Of a stretch of DNA of 29,420 nt, positions 1 through 12,200 are shown in pieces. The notes under the pieces were generated by a model. The model worked only from the letters and a program-made list of their open reading frames with translations, did not search any database and was not told the origin of the DNA. Source of the stretch: an uncultured Planctomycetales bacterium. Its GTDB lineage: Bacteria > Omnitrophota > Gorgyraeia > Zapsychrales > Fredricksoniimonadaceae. The DNA lies in the NCBI GenBank assembly GCA_964396865.1, contig CAYNGE010000001.1:1-29420 (forward strand). The letters are read 5' to 3'. The translations under genes and the position numbers were made by a program. Positions within the stretch are counted from its first letter, which is position 1. The number at the start of each line of letters is the position of its first letter.

Positions 1-231
1 CCTTCCACGAAGACCCTCGTTCTGTCTTACAAAACTCCTCCACTCGGCGTTTACATCCCTTTTTTGAGAAAAATTTGGTTCATAAATAGTTACGTGCGCG
101 CCAAGCGAAGCGACGATCACCTCAACCTCAATAAGCTTATTGCGGAAATAACCGCCAAGACTAACTGTGCCCGGCCCAACGGAAACAGCCGACCGCCAAG
201 CCTCTCCTCCAAGCCGGTGAATGGTATCAAG
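1..231 (-). other. Start of class I SAM methyltransferase domain (3), truncated by the window edge
   Basis: SAVSVGPG...VIVASLGAHVTIYEPN (motif I and beta2 acidic residue). Confidence 0.65.
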
Positions 232-3200
232 AAACTCGGCATTCTCCATTGTCAATGGCGCATTGGGATGACGGATATTGTAATAAAGATGTGCGGCCGC
301 ATTTGATAAAAACGCGGCTGCAACAGATAAAATAACGACAATCAAATTCCCGATAAGCCCCGGAACCCCAATAAACCAAGGAAGAGTCAATAATGCTATC
401 TTCGCTGTAACCCCGCCGATCCCTAAACCCATCAGGGTTGCCAACTTCATATGACGCCAACCGGTCGTCATCTCGTCTCTTTTATTGGAATTCTCAGGAA
501 AATGCGAAGCTATATAATCACGCCGCAAGGATGCTTTTACCTCATACCACGGCGCAAAGTATAATTGGATCTGCCTGTTTGTCGCTTTCCACATTCCCAG
601 GCTTATCCAACTAAAGAATTTTCGTCCGGGTCCATAAGTCGTCCAAAGAGTCAGCCCCGCAACGGGTTGCGCGGCAAGCTGCATAGTTTCAATGACCTTG
701 CAGAAATAAAATGGTTTTTCAATGACCGCGCAGATGCCGCGCTTTTCATCGCGGATGTCGCCCTCCTCATTCAGGGCAAGTTCCGTAAGCTGTGGGAAAT
801 TCATAAACAAGGCAACTTCCTCAATGTCAACGCCGGCATCTCGCAAATTTTCCAATTCGCTGCGGACCAAAGCCATATGGCTAGGAAGGATCTTAGGATA
901 ATATTCATGAAAAAGCTCTTCAACGGCTTCCGGCAATAACAATCCTTCTGCGTCATAGCATTTCAACAAAGGATTTCCAAGGCCTTGTCTCTTTATGCCG
1001 GGGACATTTTCCAATAAAAAGAGCCTAAATTCCGCAATCGCCTGCTCCCAGTTTCCCTCCAGCGCATGCCTCCTGGCTCTGCCTAAGTTGCGAACGCTCC
1101 ATGGAAGACCGTTATTATCCGAGAATTTCCTAAAAATATTCATTTCAATGGCCGAGCTAAAATCATGTTCATCTCCTCCGCCGAAATCAGCTGCATTCTC
1201 TAGACAGAGACACCCCATCCATTTCTTGGCCTCGCAGGACATATGGTAGCAAGCACCGACATATTTCATAATTGCAGCGATCGCCTTCTGGTCGGTTCCG
1301 GCTTGAAGCGTTTCATGGACCCGCAGGAATGTTTCGTCAAGCATTTCATCTGACCGGCCAAAAAGAACAATCAGGCCATGAAGATCGCCCAAATCGTTCA
1401 CAGATAAACCGATTTTCTTCAACACCGCAGACTGCACGATCCTTTTTAATAGACCGCGAATCTGCTCATGTGGATTTATACTTTTAGAACTAAAGAGATC
1501 TGGACGTTCTTTAAGCAATTTATACCCACTCTCCTCCCACAATAAAATCCAAAGCTCATAGTACTCTGCCGGCCCCATGTTGACGCCCCATTGAGCGCTG
1601 TCAGGATTAAAAAGAAGGAACTTGGCTTTTTCACTAAGCGCAGGCCATCCTTCACTTTTCACTTTGCCCAAATGAGCAAGGGCCGTTTCATAGCCGGCCA
1701 AAAGTTCACGAGCGCGAGACATTCGGCCGGTTGCCGGTGAACGGAGCTTGGCCTCATCGCTTAAGATGATAAATTGTGCCCGCTTATTTTTCGCTTGGAC
1801 CGCCTTGATCGCCTCATCAACAATGTCCTTTTTAATGTCCTGATCAAAAGTAATAAGAAGTTTGGGCGTAATGCGATAAACATTCAAATACCGTTTAAGC
1901 GAAAACAAAGTCGTCATACACACAAAATTAAACCTGTCCCCTAACTCTCCTCTTATGCGCGCTGCTAAATCTTCGGCTTCGTCTATGGGCTGGGTGAGGA
2001 TAAAGACTGTCTCTTTTGCCGGATCAATTTCCGGATAATCATGATAAAGCTGACGTAACCGGGCAAGTTCAGCTTCTTTCTTAGAGGGTTGTTTGCTGGT
2101 CACCAGCCTATTGGCCGCATCAAATTCGGCAAGCTGCTTTTCGCGTAATTTCGTAATTTGCTCAAAAAATTCATAAAAACTATACGGCTTTTGTAGGATC
2201 GCGACCCTCTGGGCATCAGAACCAAACATTTCCTGCAACACATGTCTATACTCTGGCACCTCAAAACCGGTGCTGGCATACAAGATCGGGATCGTCTTTA
2301 ATCCATCTCTATACTCAAGAGTTTTGTCGCTAGAAGGAATGCCCAGATCAAAAATGGCAACATCAAACTTATTGCGCGCCATTACCGCCAAAGCCTCATC
2401 AGCATCAGCGACAATATCAAAATGGTATTGTGAAACAGAGCCGAAATGTATCCGTACGGATTGTTGCAAGCTATCACGTATGGAGTCGTTATCTTCGAGC
2501 CAAAGGATAGAAAGCCGGGCCGGCGGAGTCCGTGATACGCCGGATTGCAGGCGCGCCGTTTCGTGTGCCTTCACTGCTTCATCATATGCAGTAAGCTGTG
2601 CTTGGCGGGCCTCTTTAACCACTGAAGAAATTACATCTAACAAATCGCTTTTACAAAGCACCTCGATTTCTTCCAACGGAACTCCATAAAGCGCTTGAAG
2701 CTCAGCTCCCCCACCAAATGCAACAATGCCCTCCTTGTCCAACGCGGAAATAGTGATCATCCTACCAAGTTTATTGATATCCCATTCTTTACGTATAGTT
2801 GAATAAACCACCGAGCGGCTAACAATGACAGGACACGGCAATAGAAAATCAATAAACGACAAATCAAAAGTTTTTGTTTGAATTAGCCCTCTAACTTGCG
2901 CCCAACCTCGAGCGTATGTAAACTCATATTGTGAATCACTTGCAAAGGAGTCATCTAATTCATCTTTAATTGCTTTTGATATATCCTCTTCATCTTCGAC
3001 TATCAGCACTCTCAATTTTTCTGGTATTTGCGGCCCAGGAACAAGAACGGTCGCGCTACTGGACTGCCGGCGCGCCGCCTCGTATGCCTTTATCGCCTCA
3101 TCATAGGCCGCAAGCTGTGTTTGGCGAGCCTCACTCACTGAGGAAACAACTAAAGAAGCTGTATCTACGATGCCGGTTTCTATGGTCATGCGCCCTAACG

Positions 3201-6200
3201 TTTGACTGTCAATAAAATTCCCTAAATACCTTATGACTTCTTCCTCAGAGCTTGGGGCGCCGGTAACAGCAATAATATTACTAACATCGCTCAACTTCTT
3301 AGCGAATGCCTCTTTACCCTTCTCTCCTCCCATGCCGATAGTTACATCAAATACAACTAAATCAATGGCATTATCCGATAAAATCTTATTAGCCCCTGAA
3401 CAATTCGACGCGAAATGAAATTTGTATTCTGCGGAGGGGAATACGGCTTTTATCTTATTCTTACAGCAAGCTAATACTTGCCTTTGATCCTCCACGACCA
3501 GCACGCGCAGCTTAGCAGGATGAACTGGGGCTTGCACAACGCCGCTTGATGCGGTGGATGCCGGTTGCTGTACTGATTTTTGCGCTACCCTCTTATCCAG
3601 CCATCGCGCATGCCATTGCTCCACAATTGAAACAACGCGTTCGTTGGTAAAATCCTTTTGGCTGATGACGGTCTCACCAGGAATACAGAAACTCGCATCC
3701 TTCGAGGATCCCTCCGCCAAAAGCGAATGCATGATACATAATGCTTCAGGATTTGCTGAGAAGATATCCGTAGTTACGTCGCTCACTCTTGGGGCATTAG
3801 CTCCTCCACCGACATGAATTAACGCCAAATCAACATCACGGCGATATTGGGTAAGGAGAGCATCAAATTCCTCCCACGTCTCACGCCTCTCAACAACCCA
3901 TCCGGCATGGCGCTTAAGTTCTTCCTCAATTGTTTCATACCATCCGTGATAGTCAAAAATAACCACCCGAAATTCGTCCCTCCGTGCCGCAGGCGCAGGC
4001 TTATCTTTCTGTGCACGACTTTCTTTAAGCTTTTGGTCCATCCCTTTAAGCTCCAGAACTCCATGGAGCCGCTTCATCCATTCGGATTCCCAAGACGCCG
4101 GTACAAGCGGAAAGTTCAATGCTTCCTCCAAAAGTCCAATGAACGGCTGCACATCGGCCAAGTCATTTTCTGTAAATAGCCCTTTCTTCAATCCTCTCTG
4201 AACGGCAGACAAATCATTCAGTTTTCCGGCCAAGACTTTTTGGAAGATGGTCTTCTTGCTCTTGCCTCGCATGTGCTGCAAAACAGTCCACTCCAGCTTC
4301 CTATATAATTCTCCTAGATCTTTTCCTGAAGACTTCTTTGACAAAACGCATTCCTCAAGACGCTTGATCAACAAGGTTGATAACGGACTGCTCATCCATA
4401 TCGTAATCCTCTCATTAAAGGGGCTCTCATCAAGATATAATGACGCGTGCAGGCCGTCGCAAAAATAAGTTATCTCTTTTGTCGCCACCCACACTCCTTC
4501 GAATTCCTTATGACGGCGGAACTCCAGCGCGGAGGATAGCCCTTTGCGCAAAACCGGGCCATTGGCATAGGAAAATTCTTCCTGATTGATGCGGTCATGG
4601 ATCAAGGTGATGTTGTGCGCCGAACGCGAGCCCATATACGGGTCAACCAACACTCTGGCCATGGTTGTTTGATCAAGGACAGCTGAAGCCGCATCGTACT
4701 GGATGCGTATATACGGACGCCCAAATTCATTTTCAAACTTTTTAATCGTCTCTTTCGTCACATTTCTACCAAAGGCCACAACGCTTGCCTTAAATCCTTC
4801 GGGCTCCGTCGCGCCCAGGCCGATCGGCGTCTTGGCAATTTTCTTTTGGGATTGAAGAGTCTTCGACGCAACGACCAAGGGCTTACGGAAATCTCCGATC
4901 ATGGGACGCATCTGAATAATAGAAAAGACCGGGCCGGTAGACGAATGTTGGAGTCCCCACTCAACATCCATAGACACTCCAACCTCGTCTTCCAGCGCGT
5001 TAACAACCAAATTCAACACAGATGCATCTTGGGCGCTAAGCGGCGCAAAAGAGCCATTGATCTTGGAGTAACCGCCTAAAACCTTTTGAATCAAAGCGCG
5101 ATCGTCACGCGCACAATACTCTTTTCGTTTAAGACGAAATGCATAGGGCGTATCAAGGAATAAAGGTTGATACTCCATGGATGGCGCCTTTCCGCCCTCC
5201 GGCTTGGTGAACATATACTCTGCCGCATTCGCAAACATGGACTGCACAGCGTAATTCGTGTCACCAACAACCGCCTCAATTGAAGTATGGCCGGAGAAAT
5301 TTGACATCGCCACTCCTGAGACGTCAAAATCAAGAAATGGCTGGATTAAAATACCAAATCCTTCCTCTTCGCTTAAAATATCCGGCAGGCCCTCGATTTT
5401 CTTTTCTCCCTGGTATTGGCGAATCCAGATAATTTCAATGGCATCCTTAAAGATCGCTTTTACTGCCTGAGCAATGAGGTCCCTGTCGCACGCTCTCTTT
5501 GAGAGGAAAATTCCGGCGAGGTTACGGACAAACGAATCTTCCCAAGTGCCGCTTGAACGGGCAATGGCCCAGCCGGTCAATCCCGCCGCTTTATCTTTTA
5601 AAAAATTGTCCAGCTCATTAGAGAAATTAAAATTACTAATAAGGCGCTGCAATTCACGAAAATCCTGTTGTGTGAAACTACCTTTTGTCAGGGCCTTACG
5701 TATAGTCTCGTTGCCAGAGGTGACTAGTGCAGCATTGTCATGCAGAAAGATCGTCCAGGCCTCGCGGATAGCAACCGTCAACGAGGGCGTGATAGTCCGG
5801 ACATTGGCTCCGAGACGCTTGGCGATAATGGGTATAAGAATTTCCAGAATAATGGTCCACGCGATTTTCCCACCGTAAATCCCGGCAAGATACTCAAAAT
5901 AACGGCGCACGCCAACGGCCTTAAGGGCAAAATATTCGTTTTCGGCATCGGTACGTTGGGGGTAGGCCAAGAGGCTTGCCTCGTGCAGGCGGGCCATTAA
6001 ACATTCAACTTCATTTTCTTTGGATAAAAGCGGACGGTCGATATCGCAGCGTTCACCGCGGACAACGCTATGCAGGTTCGGCATCATCTTCCCGGCAGGC
6101 GGAGCCCGGGTTTCCATAGTGCCCATTTTCTCAAGGGCCGCGATAACCTTCTCATCGCCCGCGATCCTTTTGGCCTGGGCATCAACCTTGTGCAGATAAT

Positions 6201-9200
6201 CCCAATCTTCTGGACCAATGGAAATATTACCGGAAATTTCGTTTTGTATCGACGCTTCGCGTTGTTGAGGGTCCTTGGGCAATCGATCGTTCCTCTTGGC
6301 GCGGTGGGGATCGTTTGCAGCCGGCGGTATGGCGGAAATAGCAACAGAGGACGCTTGCAGAAGCCTGCGCAACTGGATGGGCTGCGGCTCGGCATTCTTT
6401 ACCACAATTTTAGGGCCCGACACAGGAAGAAGCGGTGTAAAGCTTTCCTGACCAGCCCTATTGAGAGCGTATTTAACAACGCCGCGCGCCTGCGTGAAGC
6501 GAAGAACGCCTCCATAATTCATATCCGACTCCAAACGACTGCGCCGTTCCATCGGAAGTGCAAGCGCCCTGCCGAGAAGAAAAGGCGTAAACGGTTTATA
6601 GCACCATCTCATTTTCTTTAGGCTCCGGCTCCCAGCGACAATCCTCTTGGCCAGCGTCTTATCCGGTGCCATGCCCGTGTAACCATGCGCAATCTTGACA
6701 TTCTTCTTACCAAACAGTCTTGTTGCCAACTCATAAGCGTACGCCAGATTTTTAATATACTCCCGACGTCCCAACAGCCTGTACCAGGCGCTCTCCGTTG
6801 TGATATGGAACCGTATGCTCAGTTTTAAATTGTGCTCCATTCTAATCCGGGCGATCATCGTCATCGCCTCCTCGCCGAAAGACCCCTTCAGAAATCCGGA
6901 CGTGCTAAACGAGTCCCCGAATAATACTTCCATCGTAAACCCACGGTCGCGCCAGGCCTCAACAATATGTCCGTAATGTTTGCTGAATAATGGATCATGG
7001 TAATCCTTAAGCGGGTCGGCACCGAACCAGTTAAATGCTAAGACAAAACGATTCTTAAAAGGCTCGCGGGGATCCTCACTGCAAAAGACTGTCATTTCGT
7101 CCATCAGTTCGACGATCCACGGCCACGGCATAGAGCTCGGGCGTATGGAGCATGGACGGCAGCAATAATCGCAATGGGTCGAACATCCTTCCGTTATGTC
7201 AACGTAAGCGTTATACATCGACCCTGCCAAAGACAACGCTTCTTTTGGATCCATGTGCTCGAAATACTTCTCAAACCATGCCGCCTGAGGGTTCTTAAGC
7301 GCGGCAACGAGCCGGGCAATCTCCTGTGCGTCCACCGGCGAGGACAAAGCCACATCGAGCGCCTTAACAAACTCGTGCCCCGCGGCGGATAACGGCGCCG
7401 GATACTTCGCAATAACTGTCCTCTGTTCTCTTAAAAATTCCAAGCCTTCTATCGAAAGCAGCTCCGCATGCTTGCGGCCAATTTTATTTTTATTATTAAT
7501 CTTTAAATATTGAAGAGGAGTCCCTGTCTTAGGTCGCTTGGGCAAATTAGACAATTCTCGTTTTTCTTTCAACACCTCGCGCGCCTCAAACAGTATCCTG
7601 CGAGTCGTTCCTTCGGGTTTTTTAATTATGCGACTAATTTCCAGTGCGGTAAGCCCTTCCAAACAATGCAGGACCAAAACTTGACCATGAAGACCGCCCA
7701 ATTCATCTATCCAATCTAATACCAAATTTAACTCTTCTCTTAACATTAGGTCGTTTGCCAGATCGACCGATTTATCTTGCAAGTCCTCTATTAGGCCTCC
7801 TCCCACAGCATAACGTACCCTATAACTTTTAATAAAATTAAGACTGCGATTTACGGCGATGGGATATATCCACGTATAAAAAGCTGATCCCCCTCGAAAA
7901 TATCTTAACTTTCTCCAAGCAGTAATAAAAGTCTCTTGGACGATGTCTTCGGCATCATGAAAATTCCTCACTATGGAAAAAACGATACTAAAAATCCTGC
8001 CCTTATATTGTTCCATCAGCATTTCAAAAGCCTGTATATCTCCACGTTTGGCGCGTTCGACTAATCCTGCATCTTTAAGACCCTTCCTATTGGTCATAGT
8101 GCGAATGGCAAAGGCTTCGGCAATTCTCGATTGATGATATTGATATTCACGGGTTTGATGGGCGGCGATACGGGCTTGGCGATTCTTTAAATCACTGTTG
8201 TTTGGATATTGCGCATGCAGGGCTGTAATAAACGCACGAACGGATGCCTGTTCACCCTGCGGATGGTCCTGAATAAACGCCTCAAGGAGAGCGGCGTATT
8301 GGTCCGGCCGTACGTTCCAAAAATCAGTCTCCTCATCTTCAGCCGCCTTCATAGCCACCGCAAGCGCGCGCTCATACTTGCCAGCCAGAAGCAACCTCTC
8401 ATACTTCTCCCTCGCCGTCTTGCGCATGGCGGGGGCTGAAGATCCTCCCGTTATCTTTTGCAGATCCTGATTCCTAATTTGTTGAGATTTAAAAGCAGAA
8501 TTTAATCGCCTGGTTGCATGCTTTATTGCCCCGTTTTTTAGTCCTTCCTCTACTGCAGATGTGCCCCAACACAATTCATAGCCGGCATGCCCATCCATCT
8601 GCCTATGAATTTTTGTATGCGCGATCAAACGATAAGCATGATAATAAAACCCAATCACCGTCGCCGTTATAGTTTTGCCCTTATACGTAAATTCAAGTTT
8701 CTCTCCAAAATCTACGTCCAAATATGACAATTTGCTTCGGGGCTCACTTAGGAAAGTCACTCGCCCCTTTAAGATATCCCCTAAATCAACTGTCTGCGGG
8801 GCTTCTTGTGAATCAGCAGGGCAAAGCGGACTATCAATAACCGGCAAAGCAATAGGGATGTATTTCAAAACACTTGACTTTAATGTCAACGCTTCCAATA
8901 TCATCACCCTTTTGATCTTCGGTGTTGGCGCATATTCCTGCCTAGAGACGCTTCCAGGCTCTGCAGATTTTTCGGTCAAACAAAGCCGGGGCTGCGTCTT
9001 GATATAAGCAATATCTCCCACCGATAGTAAAAGAGCTCTTTCTACACTTTGATCGATGCTTATTTTCTCCTTGCGAAGCCTTTCAACAGAATCAGCCATT
9101 ATCGGGATACTTTCTCCACAGCCCCAAAGATCAAGATGATCCATCCATTTTCTCAATAATTCATCAATATCTACCTCCTTGGCCTCAACTGGAACGATGT

Positions 9201-12200
9201 TTAATTCTTTCAGACGGCTCGGGAACAATTTGCTAATATCAATGAATGCCTCGTGGGACCCTTCTTTGTCCTTCGGGTTATGGTCCGGATGCACTTCCTG
9301 AACAAACATTCTGTAAATACTTTTTAATTCCTCTTCCGATTCAGCTGCGTCGATCAGTCTCTTGTATTTTGCTCTTACGCCTCCCCATTCGCCTCTTTCA
9401 TGGCTTTTAATTACCCCCTGTACAGGACATTTCGGATTATCCGCGTAATGCGCGACTGCCGTTGCCAAAATCCCCATCCTGCGGGCGCGACTGACAGGCG
9501 TTTCCATCAGATGGCTGCCCCTTACGGTTTGAATCATGCTAAAAATCTGCAGCCACCGCTTAAACTCCTGATCATAAATCCGGTCATATTTCTCCCCACG
9601 CAACAAAAGCAAAGTTTTATGGAGCTCCTGTACAGGTACCCAACCAAACGGTGTTAAAACCTCATCGTGCCAACCAACCCATTCCTTCGAATCACGACGG
9701 GAACCGTCAGGATTCGTCCTCGCCTCTTCCTCTCCGAGCACTCTGTTCCACATCGAATCTTCATTCAAATCCTGCGGAACAACGGCCAAAAGCTTCTTCA
9801 TCTCGGGAATCTTTTTTTCATTGATCAGGCTACGGAAAATCTTTAATTCAGCCTTATTACACGGTTGATATTTTCTGTACCAATCGCTTAATTCTGCCGC
9901 TTCGTCTACGGGCAAAACGAGAACCGTAACATGCCCACTCATGATATATTCCGGAACATAATGTGGAGAAAAAATATCGACGATAAAATCCTTATCCCCC
10001 ATTTTGACTAGAAGGTAATAATGTACCGCGCTGTCCTTCAACCGCTTGACAATGGCGACCTCCGCTTGCAGCCTCCTCTGAAGCGCCCAACCTAAAAGGA
10101 CATTCATCCAGCAAGAACCCTTTAACGCTTTTATTTTTTCAATACGCTGTGCGTCTTGATACGCCATCCGACAGAGCTGCTGATTTTCACTTGTCTTGCT
10201 ACCTACGGATGTTTTCTCCATCGCCATGGCGAAGAAGATGAAAGGAAGAAAACTGAAGATGTCATGGATAGACGGCAAATGACCAATGATAGACGTAAGA
10301 GGCCCCGCGCGGATGGCATGGGCGATGAAATTTCCAATCAGCAAAGACAACGCTACGGTTGTTATCCCCCATAACACCGGCATAATCGTATAGGCCATCG
10401 GCAAAAGAAAAAGCTGATTAGATAGTCGGGAGCCGCCCGTCTTGACCCTTTGGGCTCTTTTAACTTCCATGACCGCAAACGTCGTATTTTTATGGCGATC
10501 GGCTATATCAAAAATCTTCCAGGAATTCTGTTGATTATGCTGATGGATCCACTTCTGGACTCTTTGGTAATCTCTCTGAGCCTTGTAATAAATGGCCGCC
10601 TCCAGCGAAGAGCTTGTTTCTGATTGTTCAAGCGTTCTGTTTGTCATAAATGAAAAAACTTTTCCATCTTCTCTGCGGCCTGAGCGTCCGTTACGCTGCA
10701 CGGTATCCTTGTCAGATCCGGGGTCCGCATTAATAACCAATCTCACTTCATAATCTAACCCTACCTGACCAATGGAGCTTGAAACCAGCCAGATATATTG
10801 ACCCTCGTTAAACTCTTCCACCACTGTTTCCTGTTCCCTTTGCGTCTGCCGTATGCCGTCCTTCCCCCCTGATTGGCCCACAAGGATCGCCACTTTCTCT
10901 TTACCAACAATTTTTTGCAAAACCTGTTCAAGGTCCAAGATGAAACGCTTATTATTCGCAAATACAATGGCCTTAAAACCTTTTTTGCCCATGTTGTCTT
11001 GCGCAATTTTTGCCAATGCCTCCAATTTAGGATGAAAGACTTTATTTTCAAAGGCCCATTGCGCGATCCTCTCAACACCTGAATCTTTCAAAAATGGCAA
11101 AGTTTTTTTGCGCAATGTGACCAACTTGCCCATTGAAGCCGCCTGTTCTTTTTGCCGGAATTCTTCAATGGCATAATGGACATGCATTGGCCCGTATTTA
11201 ACGAATGTTGTAATGAGATGATTTAAATACACCAGATGGGTATACGCAATTGTGTGTTTCCCCCTGTCCTTAAGGCCCTTAACAAATGCGTCGTAACGGT
11301 CCCTATTCGGCAATAGGGCCGCGTCCTCGGTATCGGGGTATTGCCGTTTAAGGGCAAGCAAACCTCGAGCATACTCAAGCCGAAGTTTCAACTCTAACTT
11401 TTCCATGGAAACAAATCTTATAACTGCTTTGCGCAGATCTTCGGAAGTTTGTTTCTTTGTCTCCTCGCTATTAAGCCAGGCATGGACCTTGGCGGGATTA
11501 AGGATGGTAAGCTGTCCTTTTAAATAATCGATATATCGTCTAAGGTAATCTTGAACAGCCAAGGCATGCTCCCTGTCAGACTGAGACCCGCCTTTTTTTG
11601 GCTTTGTCGGTGCTTGTCGCTTGAGGGACCTTACCTGCTGTAGAATTTCAATCTCCGGGTCCACTTGCAGCAACTTTATTAATATATCAACCGCCGTTTG
11701 CCATTGGGCAGTATCTTCTGAATTGGCCTGATCTGTGATCTGTGCCCTTAAATTCTGATAAAATTCTTCGTCTAAACAACCCGCCCCTTTGGCTCGATCA
11801 TAAAGCTGATCAACAAACGCCAGTAAAAACTTTTCATGTTCTCTATATGAAGTATCTACTTTAATAATTTCGCGCTTATAAATATATGGTTGGATCAATG
11901 GATCATCATCAGCAATGGCCAAGACCCCCTCTTGGGAGATACGAAACAGCTTTATCCAGATCTGAATATCGCTTGGGGTGCCGTCATCAGGCCTATTAGG
12001 AGTATCGGGCGTTGCGGTCAATGCCAATAAATACGGCGGCAACTGCTGAACGGACATGCCCTGGTTAGACGCCTCTTGTTCTTTAAATTTGTGCACTTTT
12101 TCGACCAGTTTTGCCGAACTGCTTTTTTTACGCGCCATATGGGACTCATCAACGATCAAAAATGCTATCTGCTTTAAATAATCATCTTTCATTTGGACAA

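Noticed and set aside
1201-1260. Cys/His-rich stretch (ACYHMSCEAKKWMGCLCLE) as a metal-binding finger
   Set aside because: The spacing matches no zinc-finger or Fe-S motif I recognise, and it has no repeat or context support.
3931-3972. RVVIFDYHG as a HAD motif I
   Set aside because: It lacks the second Asp, and the downstream spacing (DLALIH, MHS, QKDF) fits a receiver fold better.
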